The notes beneath the pieces were generated by a model that saw only the letters and a program-made list of their open reading frames with translations, did not search any database and was not told the origin of the DNA. 64,000 nucleotides of DNA from positions 422,370 to 486,369 of the forward strand of contig NZ_ATVD01000003.1 in NCBI RefSeq assembly GCF_000420545.1, given 5' to 3'. Positions 12,084 to 21,229 of the stretch are shown here, piece after piece (position 1 is the first letter of the stretch; each line of letters begins with the position of its first letter). A program made the position numbers and the translations under genes. This DNA comes from Arenimonas oryziterrae DSM 21050 = YC6267. Its GTDB lineage: Bacteria > Pseudomonadota > Gammaproteobacteria > Xanthomonadales > Xanthomonadaceae.

Positions 12084-12281
12084 CTACAGCAGACGCTCGA
12101 AGTCGCGGATCTGTTCTTCCGCGGCGTCCTTGGCGATGCCGTAACGCTCCTGAATCTTGCCCGACAGGTAGTCGCGGGTGCCTTCGGCGATCTTCATGTC
12201 ATCGTCGGTGAGCCGGCCCCACTTCTGCTGGACCTTGCCCGAGATCTGCTTCCACTTGCCTTTGATGATGTCGTTGTTCAT
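12084..12281 (-). CDS. CsbD-family stress protein
   Basis: 65 aa, MNNDIIKGKWKQISGKVQQKWGRLTDDDM, a textbook CsbD-like sequence. ATG with GGAG SD. Confidence 0.8.
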   Translation of the reverse strand: MNNDIIKGKWKQISGKVQQKWGRLTDDDMKIAEGTRDYLSGKIQERYGIAKDAAEEQIRDFERLL

Positions 12282-12300
12282 GACGTGCTCCTGGACGGGG

Positions 12301-12654
12301 TTACTTGGCCGGCTTGACGGTCAGGGTCTTGCTGTCGACCGCGGTCACGCCCTTGATCGCTTTCGCGATCGCGATGGCCTTGTCGACCTGGGCCTGGTTG
12401 TCGAGACGGCCGGACAGGGTGACCACGCCATTGGTCGTGGTGACATTGATATCCAGGCCCTTCACTTCTTCGGTGATCAGCAGGTCGGCCTTGACCTTGG
12501 TGGTGATCCAGCTGTCGGTGCCGGGCTGTTCGGACGCCTCGTAAGCCGTCGTCTTGGTGTCAGTGGCCGTGTCGGTTTGCGCGAACGCGGCCGGCAGGCC
12601 GCTCATCGAAAGGGCGAAGGCGAAAAGCGCCGCAAGGGGGGAAGCAATGCGCAT
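12301..12654 (-). CDS. BON-domain periplasmic protein (OsmY-like)
   Basis: Signal peptide plus BON-like motif (VVTLSGRLDNQAQVDKAIAIAKAIKGVTAVDSKTLTV). AGGAGA SD. Confidence 0.8.
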   Translation of the reverse strand: MRIASPLAALFAFALSMSGLPAAFAQTDTATDTKTTAYEASEQPGTDSWITTKVKADLLITEEVKGLDINVTTTNGVVTLSGRLDNQAQVDKAIAIAKAIKGVTAVDSKTLTVKPAK

Positions 12655-12877
12655 GGGGGTCTCCTGAAATCGTGACGGGGGAACGACGGTGTTGCACTGT
12701 CGTGATCAGGCACTCCACGTCCCGTGCCAATCGCCAAGCCGCTACAGATCAAGCACTTGCTGCCTGCCGCGCGGGCTTTCGCCGGGCAAAACGCGGCGTG
12801 GCCGCGCGCGATGCAATGCCCTCGTTCGTCATCCGACGCTGCGCGCGCTGAGGGACAATGCCGCTCTGTTCCCGCAT

Positions 12878-13441
12878 ATGGAGTCGACGATGAATACCCC
12901 GGATCTGGCGGCCCTGAGCAAACGCTGGCTAGGCGAACGCGCGGCGACGGCGCGCGAGCGCGCGGTGTTCGAGCGCATCGCAGCGCGACAACTGGTCAGC
13001 CGGCATCCAAGCGGCGGGGAAGACGCGCCGGCGAGTTTCGGCGATCGCATCGCCGATCGCGTGGCGAGTTTCGGCGGCTCGTGGACCTTCATCGGGTTGT
13101 TCGTCGGCTTCCTGATCGCGTGGACGCTGTTGAACGCGCACTGGTTGACGCATCAGGCGTTGGATCCGTTCCCGTACATCTTCTTGAACCTGCTGCTGTC
13201 GATGGTCGCGGCGCTGCAGGCGCCGGTGATCATGATGAGTCAGAACCGGCAGGGCGCGCGCGACCGCGCCGCCGCCGAGCACGACTACGAAGTCAATCTC
13301 AAGGCGGAAATCGAGATCATGGCCCTGCACGAAAAATTCGAGGCGCTGCGCGCGGAGCAATTGCAGGCGATCGAGCGCAGCCAGCAGGTCCAGCTCGAAC
13401 GCATCGCGGCGATGCTGGAAGCGAAGCGGCCTTCCGCCTGA
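12878..13441 (+). CDS. DUF1003-family membrane protein
   Basis: Internal ATG (MESTMNTPD). Central TM pair (WTFIGLFVGFLIAWTLLNAHW...FLNLLLSMVAALQAPVIMMSQNRQ) and a C-terminal coiled coil match DUF1003 from memory. The track extension from 12689 was rejected. Confidence 0.65.
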   Translation: MESTMNTPDLAALSKRWLGERAATARERAVFERIAARQLVSRHPSGGEDAPASFGDRIADRVASFGGSWTFIGLFVGFLIAWTLLNAHWLTHQALDPFPYIFLNLLLSMVAALQAPVIMMSQNRQGARDRAAAEHDYEVNLKAEIEIMALHEKFEALRAEQLQAIERSQQVQLERIAAMLEAKRPSA

Positions 13442-13482
13442 CGCGTCGTGGTGCTTCTTGTCGCGAAGAGCCCCCTTGCCTT

Positions 13483-13552
13483 CGCGCCCCGAGTCGCCGC
13501 ATGTGACCGGCTTGGTCGGGTCGCGAAGACAAGGAGGCTTCAGCCGGCGAGG
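13483..13552 (+). repeat. dispersed REP/MITE-like element, family C (…cgagtcgccgcatgtgaccggcttggtcgggtcgcg…)
   Basis: Near-identical ~70-bp units recur at 26128, 26283 and 26875 (same orientation). An inverted, diverged copy lies at 15940-15990. Confidence 0.7.
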
Positions 13553-13586
13553 TACGCCCGCGAAAAGTCTCGCGTTGGTGATCGGG

Positions 13587-14480
13587 CTATTTGGAATTGG
13601 ATGAAAGAATGCCGACGAAAGCGCGCGCGAACGCATGCACATCGCCGGGCCAGCGCGCGGAGACGTAGTGGCCGTCGCGGACGATGAAAGCGGCGCGATC
13701 GTCTGCTTCGGAATCGCGGAACAGGCCGCTGGCCTGCCGGAAATGCTGCGGCGCGTCCGCGGGCACATCGCAGAAATCGTCCGGCCGTGCGAGCGCGCGG
13801 GCGACTTCGGCTTGCACGCTCATATAGCCGGCCGGTTGCGCCGCCGTTTCGCGATACGTCCGATAGTAGTCGCCGTCCCAGAAGCGCGCGAAAAAACGGG
13901 TCAGGTCCCAGGCCTTCTTTTCCAGGGTCCAGGTCAGGGCCGTCGTGCGGCGGCCGTGCAGAACCGAGCGGCCGGTCGCGGGCGAGCGCGTGCGGGCCAG
14001 CACGAGGACGCCGTGGCAGATCGCGGCCACCGGTTTGTCCTGGTCGAAAAAGGCAGCAGCGATTTGCTGCACCGTCGGGCTTTCCAGGTAGTCGCGCATG
14101 CCGCGGGCGCGATGGCCACCGGGCAGCAGCAGACCGGCGAACGCACCGGGGCCGAGCGCGAGCGCGTCGGCGTGCGAGATCGGCTGGAGGAATTCCGGCG
14201 CGCTCTGCATCTGCGCATAGGCGCGGCGCGCGGCCCGGTTGGCGCGCAGGCTCAGGCCGATCAGACGCAGTTTTTTCAGGCCCGGGATCCAGCCCCAGGG
14301 ATCGAGGCCTTCGCCGCTGAGCATCAGATCGTCGGCCTGTGCGACGCGCGCGTCGGGCGTGGCGAACACCAGACGACGACCGGCGGCGCCGAGCACGCGC
14401 CACGGCACCGCCACTTCGCTGGGATCGAAATCCCGCGATGGCAGCAGCACCAGGACCGGCGCGTCAGCGGTAGCTGGCAC
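13587..14480 (-). CDS. DJ-1/PfpI (class I glutamine amidotransferase-like) family protein
   Basis: 297 aa with a nucleophile-elbow-like AAICHGVLVL motif in a GATase1-like fold. The track start is GTG at 14480, overlapping the upstream lipoprotein stop by 17 bp; an alternative GTG lies at 14450. Confidence 0.7.
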   Translation of the reverse strand: MPATADAPVLVLLPSRDFDPSEVAVPWRVLGAAGRRLVFATPDARVAQADDLMLSGEGLDPWGWIPGLKKLRLIGLSLRANRAARRAYAQMQSAPEFLQPISHADALALGPGAFAGLLLPGGHRARGMRDYLESPTVQQIAAAFFDQDKPVAAICHGVLVLARTRSPATGRSVLHGRRTTALTWTLEKKAWDLTRFFARFWDGDYYRTYRETAAQPAGYMSVQAEVARALARPDDFCDVPADAPQHFRQASGLFRDSEADDRAAFIVRDGHYVSARWPGDVHAFARAFVGILSSNSK

Positions 14481-14949
14481 TCTCGACCCGCCAGCTGCCG
14501 TCGTCGTTGCGCACGAAACGGAAGTCGCCCTGGTAGGAGTCCTTGTCGCCGATCTTCACCGATTCGAAGCGCTGTTCGGTGTCGTGGCTTTGCAGGGCAT
14601 TGGTCGCAGCGAGTGCGATCTTCTCCAGCACGGTGTCGGCGCGGCGTTTGTCTTTTTCCTGCGCCGCGCGCGCGTCTTCCTTCAGCGCAGCGACGATTTC
14701 GGGGCCGTTGGCGGTGTAGATGAAATCGAAATCGGCGTGCACGCTGTAAATCGTGCGGTCGTCGTCGGGCACGCGCTGCAGATCGCGGAAGCGGAAGTTG
14801 TCTGCCTTCATGAAGCGCATCGGATAGTCCTCCGCGGCGGCGACATGCGTGCTGATCGCCTGGCGCATCGACAGTTCGCTCGGACGGATCGCACAGGCGC
14901 TCAACCACAGCATGCACAGACACAGCAGGGCGGGGATCAGACGACGCAT
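14464..14949 (-). CDS. hypothetical lipoprotein
   Basis: Signal peptide with lipobox (LWLSAC), 161 aa, charged soluble body. No family recognised. Confidence 0.55.
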   Translation of the reverse strand: MRRLIPALLCLCMLWLSACAIRPSELSMRQAISTHVAAAEDYPMRFMKADNFRFRDLQRVPDDDRTIYSVHADFDFIYTANGPEIVAALKEDARAAQEKDKRRADTVLEKIALAATNALQSHDTEQRFESVKIGDKDSYQGDFRFVRNDDGSWRVESASYR

Positions 14950-15007
14950 CGGGGGCTCCTCGCAGGGGTGGGTGAAACCCTACACCATCGGACGTGAGCG
15001 GTCGGGC

Positions 15008-15805
15008 TCAGCCGCGACGGGCATCCAGGATGAGTTTGGCCAGGTAGGCATCGCCCTGCTCGATGAGCTCCACGGGCGTGTACTGGAAACCGCTGGTGAC
15101 CATGGCCTCGCCGATGCACCACTCGCGCTGGTCGCGGGTCAGCGGCCGCGCGCCGGCGGACACCTGCTCGAGCAATTGCTGGGTCGGCACGTGACTCTCG
15201 GCTTCAACGACCTGGGCGACGCCGGCGGCGACGGCTTTCGTGCTTTGCGACTTGAGCAACTCCAGACGCGCGAGTGCGACCGCGATCGGATCGCCGCCGT
15301 CATTGAGTTGCGGCACCGCCGTCGCGAGCGCGCCGAGCAGGGTGTCGCGCTGGGCGACGATCGCCTGCTTGGCTCCTGCCAGGGTCTCGAATTGCTCTTT
15401 CTGCGCCGCGAGAGATTGTTCGAGCTCGCGCAATTCGGTGGTCTGGTCGAGCACGGTCTTGGTACCGAGCTTGGTCATGACCTTCTTGCTCAGCGCTTCG
15501 TACAGCGGCAGATCGGTGAACTTGAGGTCGCGTGCGGCGGCCTGCCAGGCGAGCGCGACCTGGTTGGCGGTCTGGGCTTTTTCGCCGGTCGGCAGGGCCT
15601 CGTGAAACGACTCGACGGCGGCAGCGGCAGTCGCCTCGGGGGTCTTTTCCGCGACCTTGGGCGCGGCCGGATCCGGCGCGCGGACGCCGGCCAGATCCTG
15701 GATGGCGACGTCCAGGCGATCGCACAGCTCGGTCTTGTGGAAGTCGCGCTGCGCCTTGCGCAGTTCGATCCGGCAGTCGATGAGCAGGTTGCGCAGGTCC
15801 TTCAT
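15008..15805 (-). CDS. hypothetical cytoplasmic alpha-helical protein
   Basis: 265-aa ATG ORF with good coding composition and no signal peptide or TM. Ala/Gln/Leu-rich with coiled-coil character. No family recognised. Confidence 0.5.
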   Translation of the reverse strand: MKDLRNLLIDCRIELRKAQRDFHKTELCDRLDVAIQDLAGVRAPDPAAPKVAEKTPEATAAAAVESFHEALPTGEKAQTANQVALAWQAAARDLKFTDLPLYEALSKKVMTKLGTKTVLDQTTELRELEQSLAAQKEQFETLAGAKQAIVAQRDTLLGALATAVPQLNDGGDPIAVALARLELLKSQSTKAVAAGVAQVVEAESHVPTQQLLEQVSAGARPLTRDQREWCIGEAMVTSGFQYTPVELIEQGDAYLAKLILDARRG

Positions 15806-15879
15806 GGCGCCATTCTACGGCGAAGCCCTACATCCGGCCATGCGGATGGGGTTTTCGCTGAGCCAGCGACCCCCAGGCG

Positions 15880-16015
15880 TAGGCGTTTCGAGTCGCCGAT
15901 TCCCACCGCAGCAGAGCCAGCAACTCCTCGGCTTGGGCGTTTCGACCAAGCCGGTAACGTGCGGCGACTCGAAACGCCCAAGCCGAGGGGTTGCTGGTGG
16001 CGAAACGCGAACGCC
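15880..16015. repeat. MITE-like nested-palindrome element containing an inverted, diverged copy of repeat family C
   Basis: Contains perfect inverted repeats ggcgtttcgagtcgccg / cggcgactcgaaacgcc and ctcctcggcttgggcgtttcg / cgaaacgcccaagccgagg. The core gaccaagccggtaacgtgcggcgactcg is the reverse complement of the family-C core with 2 mismatches. Confidence 0.65.
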
Positions 16016-17443
16016 TCAGCGACTGAGCAGGAAGTACAGCAGGTTGTTCTGGAAGTAGGTGTTGTTGGTGAGCTGGTCGTGGGCTTCGCACAGGAAGAAG
16101 GTCTGTGCGACCGGCAAGGCGGCAGCGTCCGAACGGGTCTGGCCCGGCTGCAGCGGCAGACGTCCAACTTGCGAGGAACGCGTGACCAGACCATCGCCCG
16201 GATCGGCGAGCAGGCGCTCGTAGTCGATGCGGTCGGCTTTGCTGGGTTTCTTGCCCGGCTCGGTGATCCGGCTCGGTCCGTTTTCGGCGGGACGGAAAAT
16301 CACCCGCGATCCGCTCGCGTCCTGCACCAGCAGACCGCGCGCCGAGGTCAGGCGGCAGTCACCGCCGAACACGGCGATCTCGACCGCACTGCGCCGGAAG
16401 CGCGCGGTCAGGGCGAGTTCGAAACGCTGCGCGCGATGCAGGTGCTGCACGAACAGGCTCTGCAGACGCGCGACCGCGGCATCGCCGGCGGCGATCGTAT
16501 CGCCCGACGAACGCACGCGCGTCATCACCTCCGGCGAATACACCGACCAATGCCGCGCCTTCCACATCTCCGGGTCGTAGATGTCGAGCGCGACAGGATT
16601 GCCATTGACGTCGACGATCGACTGCACGGCCGGATGCGGCAGCGACTGGAACGGTGTCGCGAGCGAAGCCATGACTTCGACCGGAATCGTACGCAGGCCG
16701 ATGCGCATGCCGTAGAGCAGGCGTTCGACGCTGCGCACCGAGCCCAGACTCGGCGTGCCGAGCATGACCAGGCGACGGATGCGCTGGTCGCCTTCGTCCC
16801 AAGGCGTGAACTCGGGCTGCTCGAGCACGTCGGTGGGGCCGTAGCGCAGGTAGTAGTTCGCGATCAGGCCGCCATTGCTGTGCGCGATGATGTCCACGCG
16901 CAGCTTGGGGTCGTTGTAGTCGATGCGGATCTGCTCGATCAGCGCATGCAGCTGGCGCACCGCTTCGATGTTGTCTTTGCGCCAGTCGTACAGGAAGACG
17001 TAGTAGTGGCGGCGTGCATCGCCGGTGCCGGCGGGCTGGCCGGGCACGCCGCGATGGAAGTTGCCGACTTTTTCGAGGCTGTCGACGAGCGCGGAATAAA
17101 AGTCGACGCCGGCGATGCCGTAGACCAGATCGCCGGGCACGAGGTTGTCGTTGCCGTCCTCGGCATCGGCCATCTGCACGAGGCTGCGGTAGTCACTGAA
17201 CGCGAGCGCGCCCAGACCGCCGGGCCAGTATTCCTTGCGCGTGGTCGCGTCGACGAGGGTCGAGCCCATGAGGCCGTGGATGAGAATGACCGGCGGCTGG
17301 TTGGGATCGTGCGCGGAATTTTCGTACAGGCGCGCGAGATCGGGTTTGTCCATCGCCAGCACGGGCGCGGCGAAAAACAGCACCAACAGGCACAGCGAAA
17401 AAACACGCCAGGGGGTCGGCAGCGGCGCGCGGGGGGCGCTCAT
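16016..17443 (-). CDS. secreted LCAT/PGAP1-like alpha/beta-hydrolase lipase/acyltransferase
   Basis: Signal peptide, oxyanion-hole region ILIHGLMGS and nucleophile elbow AHSNGG. 475 aa. Confidence 0.7.
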   Translation of the reverse strand: MSAPRAPLPTPWRVFSLCLLVLFFAAPVLAMDKPDLARLYENSAHDPNQPPVILIHGLMGSTLVDATTRKEYWPGGLGALAFSDYRSLVQMADAEDGNDNLVPGDLVYGIAGVDFYSALVDSLEKVGNFHRGVPGQPAGTGDARRHYYVFLYDWRKDNIEAVRQLHALIEQIRIDYNDPKLRVDIIAHSNGGLIANYYLRYGPTDVLEQPEFTPWDEGDQRIRRLVMLGTPSLGSVRSVERLLYGMRIGLRTIPVEVMASLATPFQSLPHPAVQSIVDVNGNPVALDIYDPEMWKARHWSVYSPEVMTRVRSSGDTIAAGDAAVARLQSLFVQHLHRAQRFELALTARFRRSAVEIAVFGGDCRLTSARGLLVQDASGSRVIFRPAENGPSRITEPGKKPSKADRIDYERLLADPGDGLVTRSSQVGRLPLQPGQTRSDAAALPVAQTFFLCEAHDQLTNNTYFQNNLLYFLLSR

Positions 17444-18013
17444 GGGCAGTCTCGAATCAGCGAATGCGTGCAGTTTGCCGATGCCGGGGCCTTCGCGACA
17501 ATGCCGTTAGTCAGGAAACACTGTCCCGCGAGGCCATACCGCACAGTCTGGTACAACGCGCCACCTCTCGTAAGGTGGCCGCGAAGGCGATGGGCGTAGA
17601 CGGACATGGCTTCGATGCCCTTGCGACATCGCTTTGATCATTGTTCATTGGCGAATCTCGCTTCCGCAGCCGCATCCCCGACCCACCCGGAATGACGGTG
17701 CCGGTTCGGGTCGGGCATCCTGCCCTTCACGAACCGTCGCAGGCCATCCCTGGCCTGCTCACATCATTCCAGATGGGTCGGGGATGCTCTGCGATGTTTT
17801 CAAAACATGCGAGAGACGCTTTGGATCTTCGCAACACGGCATCGCGATGTCAGAGCGCTCCCAGTGACGGTGGGATACCTGTGTGAGTCGGCCAGGGATG
17901 GCCGACGACGGTGAGTGGGTACAGGATGTACCCCCGAACCGGCACGCAGGTACCCGCCGGCGCTGGGGGCGCGGGTGCGACGGTGAGATTCATGGTCCCA
18001 CCACAATCGTCAC

Positions 18014-19105
18014 TTAGGCGGCAACGGCTTCCGACAGGGTTGGATAGTCGGAATAGCCCGCGGCGCCCGGCGTGTAGAGGGTCGCTGGATCGAAAGCGGT
18101 GAGTTCGGCGTCGTCGAGCAGGCGTTGCGGCAGGTCCGGGTTGGCGATGAACGGGCGGCCGAAGGCGATGATGTCCGCCAGGCCCGAGGCGAGATCGGCT
18201 TCGGCGCGTGCCCGGTTGTAGTCGCCGGCGAGGATCAGCGCGCCGTCGAAGGCCTGGCGCACCTTGCGCACGACGGCGGGCGGCACCGCGCCCGGCGTCG
18301 CGATCAGATGCAGGTAGCCGAGCTTGCGCGTCGACAGGGCCTGTACGAGCGCGAGGAATTCTTCTTCCTCGCCGTCGAAGTTCGCTGCGAGATCGTTGAA
18401 CGGATTGAACGGCGACAGACGGATACCGACGCGATCGGCACCGATCGCTGCGACGACCGCATCGACGACCTCGAGCACGAAGCGGTGACGGTTCTCCGCC
18501 GAGCCGCCGTACGCGTCGGTGCGCACATTGCTGCGCGGATTGAGGAACTGGCCCAGCAGATAGCCATTGGCGGCATGCAATTCGACGCCGTCCAGACCCG
18601 CGGCGATCGCCAACTGCGCAGCCTGCACGAAATCGCCGCGCACGCGCGCCAGATCGTCGGCGTCCATCGCCTTGGGCACGGGATGATTCTGCATGCCGGC
18701 GCTGTCGGTCCACATCTGGCCTGCGGCCGCGACCGCCGACGGGGCGATCAATTCGGCGCCTTCGGGCAGGTTCAGCGCGTGGCCGATGCGGCCGGTGTGC
18801 ATGAGCTGCACGACAAGCTTGGCGCCGCCGGCGTGCGCGGCGGTGGCGACATCGCGCCAGCCGTCGGCCTGCGCCTGGGTGTAGAGGCCGGGAATGCGGG
18901 CATAGCCCAGGCCGTCGGCCGACGGCGAGGTGCCTTCGGTGATGACCAGGCCGGCGCCGGCGCGTTGACCGTAATAGGTGCGATGCAATTCGCCGGGCAC
19001 ATTGCCGAGCGCGCGCGAGCGCGTCATCGGGGCCATCGCGATACGGTTGCGCAAGCTCAGGGCGGCGTGGGGCAGGGGCTGGAACAGCGGGCTGTGCGTG
19101 GTCAT
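18014..19105 (-). CDS. Old Yellow Enzyme family NADH:flavin oxidoreductase (alkene reductase, NemA-like)
   Basis: MAPMTR...GAGLVITEG...HAANGYLLGQFL...AFGRPFIANPDLP are hallmark OYE motifs. Start at internal ATG (MTTHSPLFQPL); the track extension to 19171 was rejected. Confidence 0.85.
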   Translation of the reverse strand: MTTHSPLFQPLPHAALSLRNRIAMAPMTRSRALGNVPGELHRTYYGQRAGAGLVITEGTSPSADGLGYARIPGLYTQAQADGWRDVATAAHAGGAKLVVQLMHTGRIGHALNLPEGAELIAPSAVAAAGQMWTDSAGMQNHPVPKAMDADDLARVRGDFVQAAQLAIAAGLDGVELHAANGYLLGQFLNPRSNVRTDAYGGSAENRHRFVLEVVDAVVAAIGADRVGIRLSPFNPFNDLAANFDGEEEEFLALVQALSTRKLGYLHLIATPGAVPPAVVRKVRQAFDGALILAGDYNRARAEADLASGLADIIAFGRPFIANPDLPQRLLDDAELTAFDPATLYTPGAAGYSDYPTLSEAVAA

Positions 19106-19203
19106 GGCGGTTTCTCCGGAAACGGTGTCTCCCTCTTGGGTCCGTTTCCGATCCACCCCAAGCGCCACCACCGTGATTCAGTGTTGCGCTGGTGACGCCT
19201 CGC

Positions 19204-19605
19204 TTACTCGCGTATGTCGCCATCCAGGTAGTACCAGCGGCCGTCTTCGCGCAGGAAGCGACTGATTTCGTGCAGCCGTTGCGCGGACGCACCGCCGACG
19301 CGATAGCGCGCAACAAACTCCACGACGGCGTGGTCCAGGTCCTGCGTATGCCCGCCGCGAATTTCCAGGCCCAGCCAGCGCGTCGCCGCGATATCGGTCA
19401 AGGTGAGCTGGGCTGGTCGCGTCGAGATGTGCCAGGTCGCGCTCAGATACTCGGTGAGGCCGCGTACGTAGGCGCTGTAGCGCGAGCGCATCAACGTCGG
19501 TGCATCCGGGGCGGCGGCACCGGCATGCCAGCGTCCGCAGCAGTCGGCATAGGACAGTTCGTGGCCACAGGGGCAGGGGTCGGCGAGGACGGCGGGCTTT
19601 TTCAT
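19204..19605 (-). CDS. YchJ/UPF0225 family protein with SEC-C-type CPCG metal-binding motif
   Basis: 133 aa; N-terminal PCPCGHELSYADCCGRWH motif. Confidence 0.7.
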   Translation of the reverse strand: MKKPAVLADPCPCGHELSYADCCGRWHAGAAAPDAPTLMRSRYSAYVRGLTEYLSATWHISTRPAQLTLTDIAATRWLGLEIRGGHTQDLDHAVVEFVARYRVGGASAQRLHEISRFLREDGRWYYLDGDIRE

Positions 19606-19694
19606 CGCGAAAGATTAACGCGATGCGCCGGGCAAGCGCCGATCATGACGCTTCCGTCTCAGCCCGCGCGACCTCGCCCCGCTAGTCTGCGTCC

Positions 19695-20780
19695 ATGACC
19701 CGCTCCACCTTCCCTCCGCCGCGCCTCAAGGGTCGCGGTGCCGCGCTCAATCCCGAAGGCCGTTTCGAGACCCAGACGCGCCAGGACTTCGACGACGGCT
19801 GGTACCGCGACGGCGAGCCGATTCCGCCGCCGCGCACCGAGGTCACCGAAGAACGCGCGCGTCGCATCATCAGCTCCAACCAGTCGCCGGACGTGCCTTT
19901 CGATGCCTCGATCAATGCCTATCGCGGTTGCGAACATGGCTGCGCGTATTGTTACGCGCGCCCGACGCATTCGTATCTGAACCTGTCGCCGGGACTGGAT
20001 TTCGAAACCAAACTTTTCGCCAAGACCAATGCCGCCGAACAGCTGCGGGTCGAGCTCGCCAAGCCCGGTTACGTCTGCACGCCGATCAATATGGGTGCGA
20101 ACACCGACCCCTACCAGCCGATCGAGCGGCGCTACCGCATCACGCGCCAGCTGCTGGAAGTGTTTCTCGAGACCGGGCAACCGTGCACGATCATCACCAA
20201 GAACGCGCTCGTCGAGCGCGATCTCGATCTGCTCGTCGAGCTCGCCCGGAAAAAGCTCGTGCATGCCTTCGTCTCGGTGACCTCGCTCGACAATCGGTTG
20301 TCGAGCCGCCTCGAACCGCGTGCGAGTGCGCCGCACCGGCGCCTGGAAGCCATCGCGGCGCTCAATGCCGCCGGCGTGCCCTGCGGCGTCATGGTGGCGC
20401 CGATCATTCCGGCGCTGACCGATGTCTACCTCGAGGAAATTCTCGAGCGCGCGGCGGCGGCGGGGGCGCCCGTCGCTGGTTACACGGTCGTGCGCCTGCC
20501 CTACGAGCTCAAGGACCTGTTCGACGACTGGCTGCGCACGCAGGTACCCGACCGCGCCGAGCACGTCATCAGCCTCATCCGGCAGATGCGCAATGGCAAG
20601 GACAACGACGCGCGCTTTGGCTCGCGCATGAAAGGCGAGGGCGTGTTCGCCGATCTGATACGCACGCGCTTCCGCGCGGCCTTGCGCCGGCACGGGTACG
20701 CCGAACGCCGCGGCATCGAACTCGACACCACGCAATTCCAGCCACCGCGCACGCCCAGCCCGCAAGGCCAGCTGTTCTAG
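19695..20780 (+). CDS. radical SAM protein, PA0069 family (SplB-like)
   Basis: CEHGCAYCYAR is the CxxxCxxC radical SAM cluster motif in a ~360-aa protein of the PA0069 family as recalled. Confidence 0.75.
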   Translation: MTRSTFPPPRLKGRGAALNPEGRFETQTRQDFDDGWYRDGEPIPPPRTEVTEERARRIISSNQSPDVPFDASINAYRGCEHGCAYCYARPTHSYLNLSPGLDFETKLFAKTNAAEQLRVELAKPGYVCTPINMGANTDPYQPIERRYRITRQLLEVFLETGQPCTIITKNALVERDLDLLVELARKKLVHAFVSVTSLDNRLSSRLEPRASAPHRRLEAIAALNAAGVPCGVMVAPIIPALTDVYLEEILERAAAAGAPVAGYTVVRLPYELKDLFDDWLRTQVPDRAEHVISLIRQMRNGKDNDARFGSRMKGEGVFADLIRTRFRAALRRHGYAERRGIELDTTQFQPPRTPSPQGQLF

Positions 20781-20818
20781 GCGCGGTATGATTCGCGCCA
20801 CCCTTGGCGAGACGCCCC

Positions 20819-21229
20819 ATGACCCGCAACCGTTGGCTGATCGTCGTGCTCGCGCTGTTCATCGGCTGGAAGCTGATCGTCGCCTGGCAGGGTCAGGCTT
20901 TTCATCCCGCACCGACTGCCGCGACGCAGAACGATCCCGCGCCCGTTGCCGCGGCAGACGACGGCCTGCCGCCCGAAGCCCACACGACCTTGCAGCTCAT
21001 CCAGCGCGGCGGGCCGTTTCCGTACGAGCGCGACGGCATCGTCTTCGGCAATTTCGAACACCGACTGCCGCCGAAAGAACGCGGCTACTACCACGAATAC
21101 ACCGTGCCCACGCCCGGCCTGAATCATCGCGGACCGCGCCGCATCATCACCGGTGGGCAGCCCCCGGACGTCTTCTATTACACCGACGACCACTACGAAA
21201 CCTTTCGCCCGATCGGAGGCCAGCCATGA
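20819..21229 (+). CDS. secreted guanyl-specific ribonuclease (barnase/RNase Sa family)
   Basis: N-terminal TM/signal (WLIVVLALFIGWKLIVAW). The C-terminal domain carries FPYERDGIVFGNFEHRLP...YHEYTVPTPG...RGPRRIITGG...YYTDDHYETFRPI, matching microbial RNase (barnase/Sa) catalytic residues. The track start is TTG 20804; ATG at 20819 is preferred. Confidence 0.7.
   Translation: MTRNRWLIVVLALFIGWKLIVAWQGQAFHPAPTAATQNDPAPVAAADDGLPPEAHTTLQLIQRGGPFPYERDGIVFGNFEHRLPPKERGYYHEYTVPTPGLNHRGPRRIITGGQPPDVFYYTDDHYETFRPIGGQP

Noticed and set aside
14849-17599. 916-aa ORF on + strand (and similar very long ORFs: 50623..52872 -, 60590..62911 -, 40801..42951 +, 21620..23239 -, 7388..8758 +, 9900..11372 +, 35081..36529 -, 17850..19316 -)
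   Set aside because: All lie antisense to, or out of frame within, well-supported genes. They are Arg/Ala/Gly/Pro-rich with no domain signatures, the typical stop-poor shadow ORFs of ~70% GC DNA.
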